Below are positions 10,001 through 17,793 of a stretch of DNA of 64,000 nucleotides, piece by piece. Position 1 is the first letter of the stretch; each line of letters opens with the position of its first letter. The position numbers were made by a program, and so were the translations under genes. This stretch comes from Candidatus Micrarchaeia archaeon (lineage in GTDB: Archaea > Micrarchaeota > Micrarchaeia > Norongarragalinales > Norongarragalinaceae): the NCBI GenBank assembly GCA_041648335.1, contig JBAZPG010000001.1, positions 31,880 through 95,879 of the forward strand, given 5' to 3'. The notes under the pieces are model-generated. The model saw nothing but the letters and a program-made list of their open reading frames with translations, ran no database searches and was not told the origin of the DNA.

Positions 10001-11669
10001 CCTTTGCCACTGCGGTGGAACACTGCTCGCCTTCAAGCGAAGCCGAGAGCGTGTAATAAACCGGATAATCCTGTTCGGTTCCGTAAGCGCACGAGGCAAT
10101 GCACGAGCCGCTGCCCGACGCGCCTTCGCACGACGCCACCGCGGTTGCGCCGTTCCCGCAGTTCACGATGACCGAATCGGGTTCAGGGTCGAATCCCTCG
10201 AAACTAACGGTAGCCACGGCGGACGCTCCGGCGCGCACCGTCGAGGGCGCCACGCTCAACGCGCATTCGCCGTCGCCGAGCGGCTGGAGCCCGACTTCAA
10301 TGTATTCCTCGGAACACAGTTCCGCGGTAACCGTGGTCGACTGGTAACCGATGCGCGAGGCGCGCACCGGATAGTCGCCTTCGGAGTAATCGTAAAAGAA
10401 CGCTTCCCCGTTCTCATCCGTTGATTCAATTGATTCGCCGTCGAACAGCACGGCTGCGCTTTCAATGGGCGCGTCCGTCACCGCGTCGTAAACGAAAACT
10501 ATCGGGTCGCATTCCACGGGTTCGGGGGTGGGTGTGGGCGTCGAGGACTGCACCGCGCTCACGACTGCGTCCGAGCATTGGAGTCCACCTATGATGGCGT
10601 CCACGTTGTAAGTAGTGGGATAGGACTGCGGGTTGTACGAACAGGCGCCGATGCACGAGCCCTGCGAGGCAGTGCCCGAGCACATGGCGGTTACCGCCGC
10701 GCCGTTACCGCAAATCACGCTGGCAGTGAACGGGCGCGAGGCGAGGTTAGCGTAGGAAACGGTTATCGTTGAGGAAGCGGGACTGTAAATCTGGGAGGGG
10801 TTCGTGGACACGGCGCACTGTGCGGGTTGCACGGGCGGCGTCGAGGCTTGCGGAGTCGAAGAAGGCGAAGGCGGCTGCTGGACGCCCACGGCGTGCACTA
10901 CGGTCGGGTTGCAGAACGTCCCTCCCGCGAGCGCATTGACATAGAATACTCCCGGCTGGGGGTACTCGCACGAAGCGTAACACTGCCCGGTCGAACCGTA
11001 ACAGCCGAACGAATAGGCGGAACGGCCGTTGCCGCAGTCCACGAAAACGTTCCAGGGCGCGTAATAAAGATTATAATAACTCACGGTGATTTCGCTCGAG
11101 CTGCCCGCGTAAATGTAGGCGGGGTAAGCGCTCAACGAACAGGACGGGGCGTAAAACCAGCCCGAAAACCAGCCGGACGACCAACCCGAAGACGATTCCT
11201 CTTCCTGCCCTTGCTCCGGAGCAGATACCGTGGGTTGGGCAACGCTTTCAACGCACCAGCTCAACCAGTTTCCGCAGTTCGAACAGCGTCCGGTCCAAAC
11301 CGCGCCGTTCGAGCCGCACGACACACCTGTGGAGCGCCGCGTCGAGGAGGCTGTGTCCGAGGGGCTAGTGCAATAGCCGTTCGACGGGTTTGTATCATAA
11401 GCGCAAACGCAACGCTGGAACGTGGGGGTGCCCGAATAACTCTGGCAGGCAGTTCCGCAAAGCTTCCCTGAAGAAATACCGCATTGGGCTGCCGAACCGA
11501 GCGTAGACGTCGAAGAAGTACAAACGATGCCGTTAGCCGAAGCGTAGTCGCCGCACGCGGCGTCGCTCGAACACGAGGGACCCCAAACCGAGCCCTGCGG
11601 GTCGAACCAAGCGCTCGCTCCCAGCGAGAACAATAGGAAAGCGAACGCGACGAACTTCAAGCTATCCAT
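7035..11669 (-). CDS. giant cell-surface protein (1544 aa) with 5 copies of a Cys-rich ~45-aa module, signal peptide and C-terminal TM anchor
   Basis: N-term MDSLKFVAFAFLLFSLGASAW; repeated CGNG..C.G...C.A.C.Y....Y module; C-term AIAALAIGGAYLLYSARKK; TATA-like GGTTTAAATACT about 44 nt upstream on the minus strand. Confidence 0.75.
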   Translation of the reverse strand: MDSLKFVAFAFLLFSLGASAWFDPQGSVWGPSCSSDAACGDYASANGIVCTSSTSTLGSAAQCGISSGKLCGTACQSYSGTPTFQRCVCAYDTNPSNGYCTSPSDTASSTRRSTGVSCGSNGAVWTGRCSNCGNWLSWCVESVAQPTVSAPEQGQEEESSSGWSSGWFSGWFYAPSCSLSAYPAYIYAGSSSEITVSYYNLYYAPWNVFVDCGNGRSAYSFGCYGSTGQCYASCEYPQPGVFYVNALAGGTFCNPTVVHAVGVQQPPSPSSTPQASTPPVQPAQCAVSTNPSQIYSPASSTITVSYANLASRPFTASVICGNGAAVTAMCSGTASQGSCIGACSYNPQSYPTTYNVDAIIGGLQCSDAVVSAVQSSTPTPTPEPVECDPIVFVYDAVTDAPIESAAVLFDGESIESTDENGEAFFYDYSEGDYPVRASRIGYQSTTVTAELCSEEYIEVGLQPLGDGECALSVAPSTVRAGASAVATVSFEGFDPEPDSVIVNCGNGATAVASCEGASGSGSCIASCAYGTEQDYPVYYTLSASLEGEQCSTAVAKVVAPLEGDGTIIASVTDCDSGNALQGARINAYTTAPWAPLEPPVYYTNAYGQATIGNLAPASYTLDVSDEGYAPEQVSAFVNAGETTTVPVCLNPSECDFTVEVIKSPTCPYSTSPQPYQLEITSNLDEAQTIYLTYSSDNLQGPATVYLAGGASTIVNLYSYIEPDFAGGNFVIVSLSNGNSECTANVQLPACQSGGLEIEALESAKNAYPGQETCYALLVRNRGLAKASVVMSASPSSFSGDLDYSFSLPDFVITPQEIRDLEFCVEAPSAGSYSFLLTADSPINDASTTVSLSVPSTGDWETDWSGCNTVDSSSSVALESLTINNNALSGDYRTHIGDNDLSLSTQENLYNFEEGEARTIWFRLNAFNLEAGDYHVDFELLASDGTVAYQRDLCFRVDGEYLVYSQLSPVSITVTRGNGASSFLTVKNIGRLSGTFDVGVSGSTPFQSITISPSTLALESGEEASVEIHAAPGYTMQNGAYPVTIAVWAHGTHSSGGSSSYTRDVEFDCDNGEELERTCYGSDGYCTVTCEYDDAGYYEPTASIAGYSCDSWASRVQVRDDWSEDSCVVEVIDNNLESGDSSSVRVRYYGNGITSPDVEINCGNGDSEDCTGSGQDSSCTATCDYDDEGDYTVGASLEDDDGDNVACTSARVVAWDDSERGCALATAPNTVLEGDSITFSIAYYDLPSSGYYSGGSGNMLDSNNLLINVVSTGGSQSYEAPVSSALQIIIQSPIEAPVTGTVAVPFVVKNNNYYSLSSVVVSIAGLPSGVFITPIEAFSLAPNQERTLQLYIQSNAAVPGTYQLSLRADSPSMVSPTKAVDFIVKSPSADGLNFAVQQSPVVSTTFEGVPALQFSFMVSSNEAALTGALASIEALHDGWNYALEPQSLALAPGENAEIKVTILTGPDFDPAADYSASFVLRSNDGRQKTVPVQLKPEAGLLGLGFFTLSLSNELAFAAIAALAIGGAYLLYSARKKLAENEESGK

Positions 11670-11750
11670 GACAAAACCCCATCCACCTTTGTTACTACTC
11701 TACCGTAACAAGTATTTAAACCCTTGTTTTAATGCGTCCGGTTAAAAAGG

Positions 11751-11757
11751 TTTAAAT
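11751..11757 (+). promoter_or_regulatory. TATA box (TTTAAAT) with upstream purine-rich BRE-like AAAAAGG for tRNA-Trp
   Basis: located about 30-37 nt upstream of the tRNA 5' end at 11788. Confidence 0.4.
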
Positions 11758-11787
11758 CGGTTGTCGGGGGTAGATAGTGTAGGAAAC

Positions 11788-11915
11788 GGGGTCATGGTAT
11801 AACTTGGCAGAACAGCAGGCTCCAGTATGCGCTGGAGCGCGGAGCGCTTCCCTTTGAAGGGGCGCGATGAAATTGAAGAAACCTGCGGATCGGGGTTCGA
11901 ATCCCCGTGACCCCA
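11788..11915 (+). tRNA. tRNA-Trp (anticodon CCA) with a 55-nt canonical intron (11826-11880) between positions 37/38; no encoded CCA
   Basis: Hand fold: acceptor GGGGTCA/TGACCCC, D-arm GTAT..GAAC, anticodon stem GCAGG/CCTGC, loop CUCCAGA(U33, CCA, G37), T-arm CGGGG-TTCGAAT-CCCCG, discriminator A; anticodon loop CTCCAG pairs with intron CTGGAG (11832-11837) as expected for a bulge-helix-bulge substrate. Confidence 0.8.
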
Positions 11916-12002
11916 TAAAATGCTAGTGGCTGGAGTGGACGAGGCTGGCAGAGGACTCGAAGTAATTCTAGTCCGCCAATAGGCTGTGTCCTCGGTCCGC
12001 TG

Positions 12003-12599
12003 GTGTTATGCGCTTACGCAATAGACGAGCGGGAGCTGCCCGCGCTCAAGAAAATAGGTGTAAAGGACTCGAAGCTCGTCCCCCCGGCTAAGCGCACCGC
12101 GTTGTGCGCGGAACTCCTCAAGCAGGGCGAGGCAATCGTGGTGGAGTGCAGCGCAATCGAAATAACCGAATGGATGCGGAAGGGGCGCTCGCTCAACGAA
12201 CTCGAAGCTAAGGCGATCGGGGAAGCGCTTTCGAAGATGAAAGGCAAGTCCACGAAAACAATAGTGGATTCGCCGGACCCGATTCCCTCGAAGTTCGCGG
12301 GACGCATTCTGAAATACTATCCTGGAAAGGAAGTGATTGCCGAAAACAAGGCGGACTACAACCACGTTGTCGTAGGCGCTGCCTCGATAGTGGCGAAAAC
12401 CGTGCGCGAGGAGCGCATCGCGGAAATCAAGCGCGAAATGGGTGAGGACTTCGGTTCGGGTTACAGCCACGACGAAACGACCATAGCATACTTGAAGCGC
12501 AACATCAACAACCCCGCGCTCCAAAAATACATCCGGCACTCTTGGGAGACCGCGAAGCGCTTGAAGGTAACCCAGGTGCCGCTCGGTGATTGGGTTTGA
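12003..12599 (+). CDS. rnhB: ribonuclease HII, C-terminal 198 codons; the catalytic N-terminus MLVAGVDEAGRG is encoded at 11920-11955 in a different frame
   Basis: PVLGPLV..DSKLV..VDSPD..HVVVGAASIVAK motifs of RNase HII; upstream ATG at 11920 gives MLVAGVDEAGRG then a stop after 8 more codons; see finding. Confidence 0.7.
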   Translation: MLCAYAIDERELPALKKIGVKDSKLVPPAKRTALCAELLKQGEAIVVECSAIEITEWMRKGRSLNELEAKAIGEALSKMKGKSTKTIVDSPDPIPSKFAGRILKYYPGKEVIAENKADYNHVVVGAASIVAKTVREERIAEIKREMGEDFGSGYSHDETTIAYLKRNINNPALQKYIRHSWETAKRLKVTQVPLGDWV

Positions 12600-13459
12600 T
12601 AGTCACCATACTAGGGAGTGGGTGCTCGTGGGGCACGCCCAAGCCCGGCTGCCTGTGCCGCTCGTGCCGCAAGGCGCTCGAAGAGGGCGCGCCCTTCGCA
12701 CGCAAACGGTTCGGCTTGCTCATCGAAGGCAACTGCGGACGGTTGCTCGTGGACGCGGGTCCGGACTTGAAGCAGGCAATGCTCGACGAGGGTTTCTCGC
12801 CACGCGACGTGGACGCGGTGCTCTTGACTCACGCGCATTACGATCACATTTCCGGACTCGGCGAGTTCCGCGGTTACAAGAAACGCGAACCAACGCCGGT
12901 TTACGCTACGAAGCACTGCCTCGAGCGCGCCTTTCACCCGACTACGGGTGGCTACCTTTGCCCGGGCTTCCTGGAGCCGCGCGAAATCCGTTTGCACGAA
13001 CCGTTCCAAGCCGCGGGCTTCAGCGTCACCGCATTCGAGTTGAACCACGATTTCCCGTGCACGGGTTTTGTAATCGAAGGCGAGGGAAAACGCGTTGCCG
13101 TTGCGGCAGACACCAACCTACCAGTGAAGCACGAAACCCAGGAGGCGTTCAAGAACGTTGACTTGCTTGTGGTGGACTCGTTTGCCGGGAATTGGGAGGA
13201 CGTTTACGTAATGGCGAAAAGCGTGTGGGGCGACTACGATGGTGACTCGCTCAAGGAAAACGTGAAAAAAAATTCGGACGCGAAGCGCCTCGTTCACTTG
13301 TTCTTCCCGCAGGCGAAGGCGTGGGCGCGGGAACTCAACGCAAAACAAGCGGTGAGCGTGCACACCACGCACGGCTGCCCACCCCAGGACGAGCTTGAGG
13401 CACTCTACGGGAACTCCCGCTTCCAAGTAGGGTTCGACGGGAAAAAAATACGCCTCTAA
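12590..13459 (+). CDS. metallo-beta-lactamase-fold hydrolase
   Basis: HAHYDHISGL (HxHxDH) motif; 289 aa. Confidence 0.7.
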   Translation: MGLIVTILGSGCSWGTPKPGCLCRSCRKALEEGAPFARKRFGLLIEGNCGRLLVDAGPDLKQAMLDEGFSPRDVDAVLLTHAHYDHISGLGEFRGYKKREPTPVYATKHCLERAFHPTTGGYLCPGFLEPREIRLHEPFQAAGFSVTAFELNHDFPCTGFVIEGEGKRVAVAADTNLPVKHETQEAFKNVDLLVVDSFAGNWEDVYVMAKSVWGDYDGDSLKENVKKNSDAKRLVHLFFPQAKAWARELNAKQAVSVHTTHGCPPQDELEALYGNSRFQVGFDGKKIRL

Positions 13460-13463
13460 CGCA

Positions 13464-14147
13464 TCAGACGATGCGCTCGAAATCATCCATGCGCTTGCGC
13501 GCCACGCTCGCCACGGTGTCCTTCAACCCGAACCCGATAGCTATCGCGAACCCGAGTCCGAGTGCAACCGCTGCCGCGCCCAAGAAGAGCGTGAATGCAG
13601 TGTACAACAGGGTGACGTCCGCGTTCGGGAGCACGAGCGGCAACGCCATGGTGACTGCAGTGTAGAGCACGAAGAACTTGGCGGCTGCGGCGAGGAAGCG
13701 CTTGAACGGCATGCGGGACGCCTTCAAGTAGTTTCCAAGATAGTCCACGCCGAGTAAGGCGAGCACGATTATTACCGCGCCCTGCAGGAACAGCGGCACG
13801 TAACCCACGAACCAGTACACGAGGACCCCGAGGAAGCTGAGGTTCACCACGTCCGCGGCGATGCCGAGGAAAGCGGCGTACGAAAGCAGCTTAACGAACT
13901 TCTCAAGTATGCCGGTGACCGTGAACCCGAAGAGCGCGTCCTCGAGCCCGCGGCGCTTGAGTCCCTTCTCCAGCTTCACGGATTCCAGGAACTTCGCCAG
14001 CGCTGCTGCGAGGAGCTTGCCGGTTATCCAACCGAGTATCAGGAAGAGAACCACGACGAGGGCATCCGCGAGTCCCACGAAGAAATTCTCGGCTACGCGC
14101 GCGAACGCGTCCGACAGCCGCGAAGACAACAAACTCCAAACATCCAT
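13464..14147 (-). CDS. polytopic membrane protein of unknown function
   Basis: 227 aa, 5-6 predicted TM helices. Confidence 0.5.
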   Translation of the reverse strand: MDVWSLLSSRLSDAFARVAENFFVGLADALVVVLFLILGWITGKLLAAALAKFLESVKLEKGLKRRGLEDALFGFTVTGILEKFVKLLSYAAFLGIAADVVNLSFLGVLVYWFVGYVPLFLQGAVIIVLALLGVDYLGNYLKASRMPFKRFLAAAAKFFVLYTAVTMALPLVLPNADVTLLYTAFTLFLGAAAVALGLGFAIAIGFGLKDTVASVARKRMDDFERIV

Positions 14148-14296
14148 TGGTAAACCAACCCCTCGCTAACCGTCACTCACCCGGCATTAAAAAAGGTTCT
14201 CGACGACCGCGCTCTACGTCTAAGACGCAAGCCCATAGGAAGATTTATAAGTGTTCCTACCGGGTATTCTCTTCGTCAACCCGGCAGGAGCAGGAA

Positions 14297-14515
14297 ATGG
14301 AATTCAAAGCGGTTAGGGTAACGGATGCGGGCAACCTCGTCCTCGAACCCGTGAAACACAAGAACGAAGTGCGCGGCAAACTCGCGTTATTCGTGCGCGG
14401 ACGCAAGGTCGCGGTGGTTTTCGACACCATCGCTTCCGTGGAATCGCCGCTCTACTTGGCGAAGCCGCTCGAAGACGGGTTGCTGGGAAAGAAACTCGAA
14501 TCAAAAGGTGCTTGA
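14297..14515 (+). CDS. gar1: H/ACA RNP protein Gar1-like small beta-barrel protein
   Basis: 72 aa; pattern ..AGNLVLEP....VRGK......GRKVAVVFDTIASVESPLYLAKP matches Gar1 (SGNLIV...GKV.D.FGPV..PY..VKP); GGAGCAGGA Shine-Dalgarno-like sequence before the ATG; position immediately upstream of tfb is a conserved archaeal arrangement. Confidence 0.6.
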   Translation: MEFKAVRVTDAGNLVLEPVKHKNEVRGKLALFVRGRKVAVVFDTIASVESPLYLAKPLEDGLLGKKLESKGA

Positions 14516-14518
14516 AAG

Positions 14519-15499
14519 TTGTCGTTGAAAAGTTCGTTGTTGAAAAGCAAGGCTGCAAAGGTTGCAAAGCAGGAGCGGCGCGAAAAGCGTGAAACCGCCC
14601 TGGCCTGCCCCGAGTGCAAGAGCGGGAGCCTGCGCAGGAACGTTGAACGCGGCGAAATCGTGTGCAAGAAGTGCGGGCTCGTAGTCGAAGAGGACATGCT
14701 CCAAGAGGGCCCCGAATGGCGGGCTTTCGACGCGGAACAGCGGGCGTCGCGCACGCGCACGGGTGCACCCCTCAAGTACATGAACCCGAACCGCGGGCTC
14801 GTCACGGAAATCGACCAATACAACCGCGACTCCGCAGGCGGACGCATCGCCCCCAAGCAGCAGGCGCAGTGGTACCGCATGCGGAAGTGGCACAAGCGCG
14901 CCTCGATTTCGAACAGCATCGAGCGCAACCTCGCCATCGCGTTGACTGAATTGAACCGCGTGGCATCCCACCTGGGTTTGAACGAGAGCATCCGCGAGTC
15001 GTCTGCATTGCTTTACCGCAAGTGCGTTGAGAAGGGCTTAATCCGCGGGAGGCAGATTGAGACTGTGGTTTCCGCGGTGATTTACGCGGTTTGCCGCCAG
15101 GCGGGAATTCCCCGGACGTTGGACGAAATATCCAAGGAAGCCGAGATACCCAAGAAGGAAATCGGGCGCACCTACCGGCTCATTGCGCAGGAACTCAACC
15201 TAAAAGTGCCGTTGACGAACCCGCAGTTTTACATCACGCGCTTCGTCACCGAACTAAAGCTCGGCGGCTCGACGCAGAAGAAGGCGAGCGAAATACTCGA
15301 ACAGGCCGTCGGACAAGGCCTCATCTCGGGGCGCGGTCCGATGGGCGTCGCAGCTGCGGCAGTATACATTGCGTCCGTGCTCACGGGCGAGCGCCGCACC
15401 CAGAAGGAAGTCGCGGAAGTCGCGGGCGTAACCGAAGTTACCATAAGGAACCGCTACCGCGAACTCAAGAAGGCGCTCGACTTGAAGGTCAGCATCTAG
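14519..15499 (+). CDS. tfb: transcription initiation factor TFB (TFIIB homologue) with Lys-rich N-terminal extension
   Basis: Zn-ribbon CPECKS..CKKCG, two cyclin-fold repeats, C-terminal TVAEVAGVTEVTIRNRYREL HTH. Confidence 0.9.
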   Translation: MSLKSSLLKSKAAKVAKQERREKRETALACPECKSGSLRRNVERGEIVCKKCGLVVEEDMLQEGPEWRAFDAEQRASRTRTGAPLKYMNPNRGLVTEIDQYNRDSAGGRIAPKQQAQWYRMRKWHKRASISNSIERNLAIALTELNRVASHLGLNESIRESSALLYRKCVEKGLIRGRQIETVVSAVIYAVCRQAGIPRTLDEISKEAEIPKKEIGRTYRLIAQELNLKVPLTNPQFYITRFVTELKLGGSTQKKASEILEQAVGQGLISGRGPMGVAAAAVYIASVLTGERRTQKEVAEVAGVTEVTIRNRYRELKKALDLKVSI

Positions 15500-15998
15500 A
15501 CGCGCGCGCCAAATCCAAATACCCGGCGGTCAAGCCCGACGTCAAAGGCAAACCCAGGCGCTTGGCTGCCTCGCGGATGCTCTTCTTGGAACCCTCGAGT
15601 TCGAGAAAACAACCGAAAGGCAACTCGTCGAGTTCAACCTCGCACCCGGCGAGCGTCCACGTTTCCCTGCGTTTGGAGTAACGCGCGTCAACGCGGAACC
15701 CTAGCGCTTCGAGGGCGCGCTTTGCCTCGCCGTAGTCGGATACCTCGAACTCTATTTCCGCGCGCTCCTTGTAATGCGCGTCGCACGTCTTTGCGAGCTT
15801 CACCGTGAGGCGCGCCCTACCGTCGCGGCGGAGGCGGAGGAGGACGTCGCGCTTCTTCAGCGAACCGTCCGGCAAATCGAATATCTCGTTTTCTTCGCTA
15901 CACGTGCGGCGTACGAGGCGCGCCCCGGCTTTCTTGAGTAGGCTGCGCGCAGCCCGAGCGCTTGCCATGCGGAACTTTAGCTCGATTTCGTTTTTCAC
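15489..15998 (-). CDS. CYTH-domain protein (triphosphate tunnel metalloenzyme / class IV adenylate cyclase-like)
   Basis: N-terminal EIELKF motif and size (169 aa) typical of CYTH. Confidence 0.65.
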   Translation of the reverse strand: MKNEIELKFRMASARAARSLLKKAGARLVRRTCSEENEIFDLPDGSLKKRDVLLRLRRDGRARLTVKLAKTCDAHYKERAEIEFEVSDYGEAKRALEALGFRVDARYSKRRETWTLAGCEVELDELPFGCFLELEGSKKSIREAAKRLGLPLTSGLTAGYLDLARASRC

Positions 15999-17035
15999 TG
16001 CGTTCCCGCCTTTTTTATCGCGCGCTTTATGTCCGCGAGGCGCGCGTCCGTCTTGAACGCGTTCCCCGAATAGTGTGCTCGCACCGCGCGGAAGCCGCGA
16101 CTGCGCAAAACATCTAAGAAAATGGAAATTTTAGATACTTGGAGTCCGAACGATGAAGAGAGCATGTGCAAATCCCAGTGGAACGGCGGTAGGTCGAGTT
16201 CGCCGGAAAGCAAATTGAGGAATCGCGCTTCTTTCTCGGGTGCGGAGGCAGTCATTTTTTTGAGTGTTGTTGCATCGCACAATTCCCCAGTCCAGAGCGG
16301 ACCTGCAACGCGCCAGTTGGGGTGCGCACCTTCGCAACGGTCAAGCGATTTGGAATCGAGCGAGACGAATCCCAGCTTGGCAAGGGAGGCGTCCGCGCCC
16401 GCGCTTGTTTTTTCCAGGAGGGCGATTGTCTTTGCATAGTGCCGCTCGTACCAGGACACCATCGGGGTGAACGAGTAGTCGCGTGCGGCTGCCTCGCGGC
16501 ACGCCTTGCCCGCGATTATGCGTAACGCGAGTTCGTGCGAACAATCGCATTTCACTGGCGCGGCTTGGTATTGGCGTACGCAGACAACCGCGCGCTCGCG
16601 CATGGAGGCGCACGAGTTAGCCAAATCGGTTGCAGTAACCGAGAGGAAGCCGCGCTTGTGCAGGGCGTTTATCGCGGACGAGAGGAAAGGGGTGGGGGAG
16701 CCGAACGGGTCGACTTCCACGAAATCGAATTTTTCGCCGGAATAGCAGTAGTGGTTGAAATCGTCGCGCACGAATTCCGCTTTGACTTTGTTGAGTCGCG
16801 CGTTCGCCTTGGCGCGTTTGAGCGCGACCGGGCTGTAGTCGAGGAAAGTTATTTTGCCCGCACAGCCTTCGAGGGCGTAACGCAAGCCGCGTGCTCCCGA
16901 GGCGCAAAACCCGTCGAGCACTCGTTCGGGTGCGAGTGCTTTTACCGCAAGCGAGGAAACCGAGCGGTTGAACGCCATGGCTGGGTTGTAGAATACGCCT
17001 TCCCCGTCGAGGCGCGTTGCGCCTTCGCGAATCAT
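15995..17035 (-). CDS. trm1: tRNA (guanine26-N2)-dimethyltransferase Trm1
   Basis: LDGFCASGARGLRYALE...FVEVDPFGSP motifs; 346 aa. Confidence 0.85.
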   Translation of the reverse strand: MIREGATRLDGEGVFYNPAMAFNRSVSSLAVKALAPERVLDGFCASGARGLRYALEGCAGKITFLDYSPVALKRAKANARLNKVKAEFVRDDFNHYCYSGEKFDFVEVDPFGSPTPFLSSAINALHKRGFLSVTATDLANSCASMRERAVVCVRQYQAAPVKCDCSHELALRIIAGKACREAAARDYSFTPMVSWYERHYAKTIALLEKTSAGADASLAKLGFVSLDSKSLDRCEGAHPNWRVAGPLWTGELCDATTLKKMTASAPEKEARFLNLLSGELDLPPFHWDLHMLSSSFGLQVSKISIFLDVLRSRGFRAVRAHYSGNAFKTDARLADIKRAIKKAGTQ

Positions 17036-17289
17036 TTCAATTCGATGGAAGTGCCCACTGCCTGGCCGGGCAAACCCTTTTCGAACAGGGCGCGCACGCG
17101 TCCCTTGCCGCCGTGCGGCGCGGTGACCTTGCCCTTGATGGACTTGCCGGACGTGGTTTTCCAGACGACTTGCCTGCCCGTGAGCTTGGCTGCCTTCTCC
17201 TTGGAGTCCACGCCTTCGACTTCGATTATCGCCTGGTTCGGCGTCTGAGTGTGCCTGCCCTGGCGGTAATCCAAAATAACAGCTTTCAT
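17032..17289 (-). CDS. rpl35ae: 50S ribosomal protein L35Ae
   Basis: 85 aa; GKVTAPHGGKGRVRALFEKGLPGQAVGTSIE is typical L35Ae. Confidence 0.85.
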   Translation of the reverse strand: MKAVILDYRQGRHTQTPNQAIIEVEGVDSKEKAAKLTGRQVVWKTTSGKSIKGKVTAPHGGKGRVRALFEKGLPGQAVGTSIELK

Positions 17290-17351
17290 GAGTAATCTAC
17301 CCGGATTAGTTTGGGGGCAACTCTCTTAAAAACGCTTGCGCTACTACCCGC

Positions 17352-17792
17352 ATGGAATACTCGAAACGGTTGTCGTTCTACAAGCCGAACAAACGGGGCA
17401 CGGGCGCCGCGGTGCAGTTCGACTTCAACCCCGAAAAAGAGTGTTTGTTCCTCGAAGCGGCAAAACAGACGGGCGAGCAGGCGTTCGGATGGGACAAGAA
17501 ACTCGTGCTCAAGATAGGGGTGACGGACGCGGGAAAAATCCTCGCGCTCCTCTACGGCAAGACGGAAAAAGTGGATTTGTTCCACGACCCCACCAAGTCC
17601 AAGTCGTCGGACGGGAAGATAAAGAATACTGCGTTGAGCATGCAGAAAGGCGGGTTCGGGTACTTCTTGAAGGTCTCCGCCCAGGGCGCGGACGGTTCGG
17701 TGGACGCGGTCCAACTCGCGTTGAGTGACGACGAGGCAATCGTGCTGCGTTTGATGCTCGAGACCGCAATCCGCCGCATTTACGGCTGGTAA
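17352..17792 (+). CDS. conserved hypothetical protein (146 aa)
   Basis: clean ATG ORF in coding-dense region; no recognisable motif. Confidence 0.45.
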   Translation: MEYSKRLSFYKPNKRGTGAAVQFDFNPEKECLFLEAAKQTGEQAFGWDKKLVLKIGVTDAGKILALLYGKTEKVDLFHDPTKSKSSDGKIKNTALSMQKGGFGYFLKVSAQGADGSVDAVQLALSDDEAIVLRLMLETAIRRIYGW

Positions 17793-17793
17793 T

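Noticed and set aside
11766-11787. GGGGGTAGATAGTGTAGG upstream of the tRNA resembling a tRNA 5' end
   Set aside because: It does not pair with the 3' acceptor strand; GGGGTCA at 11788 pairs perfectly with TGACCCC, giving a complete cloverleaf.
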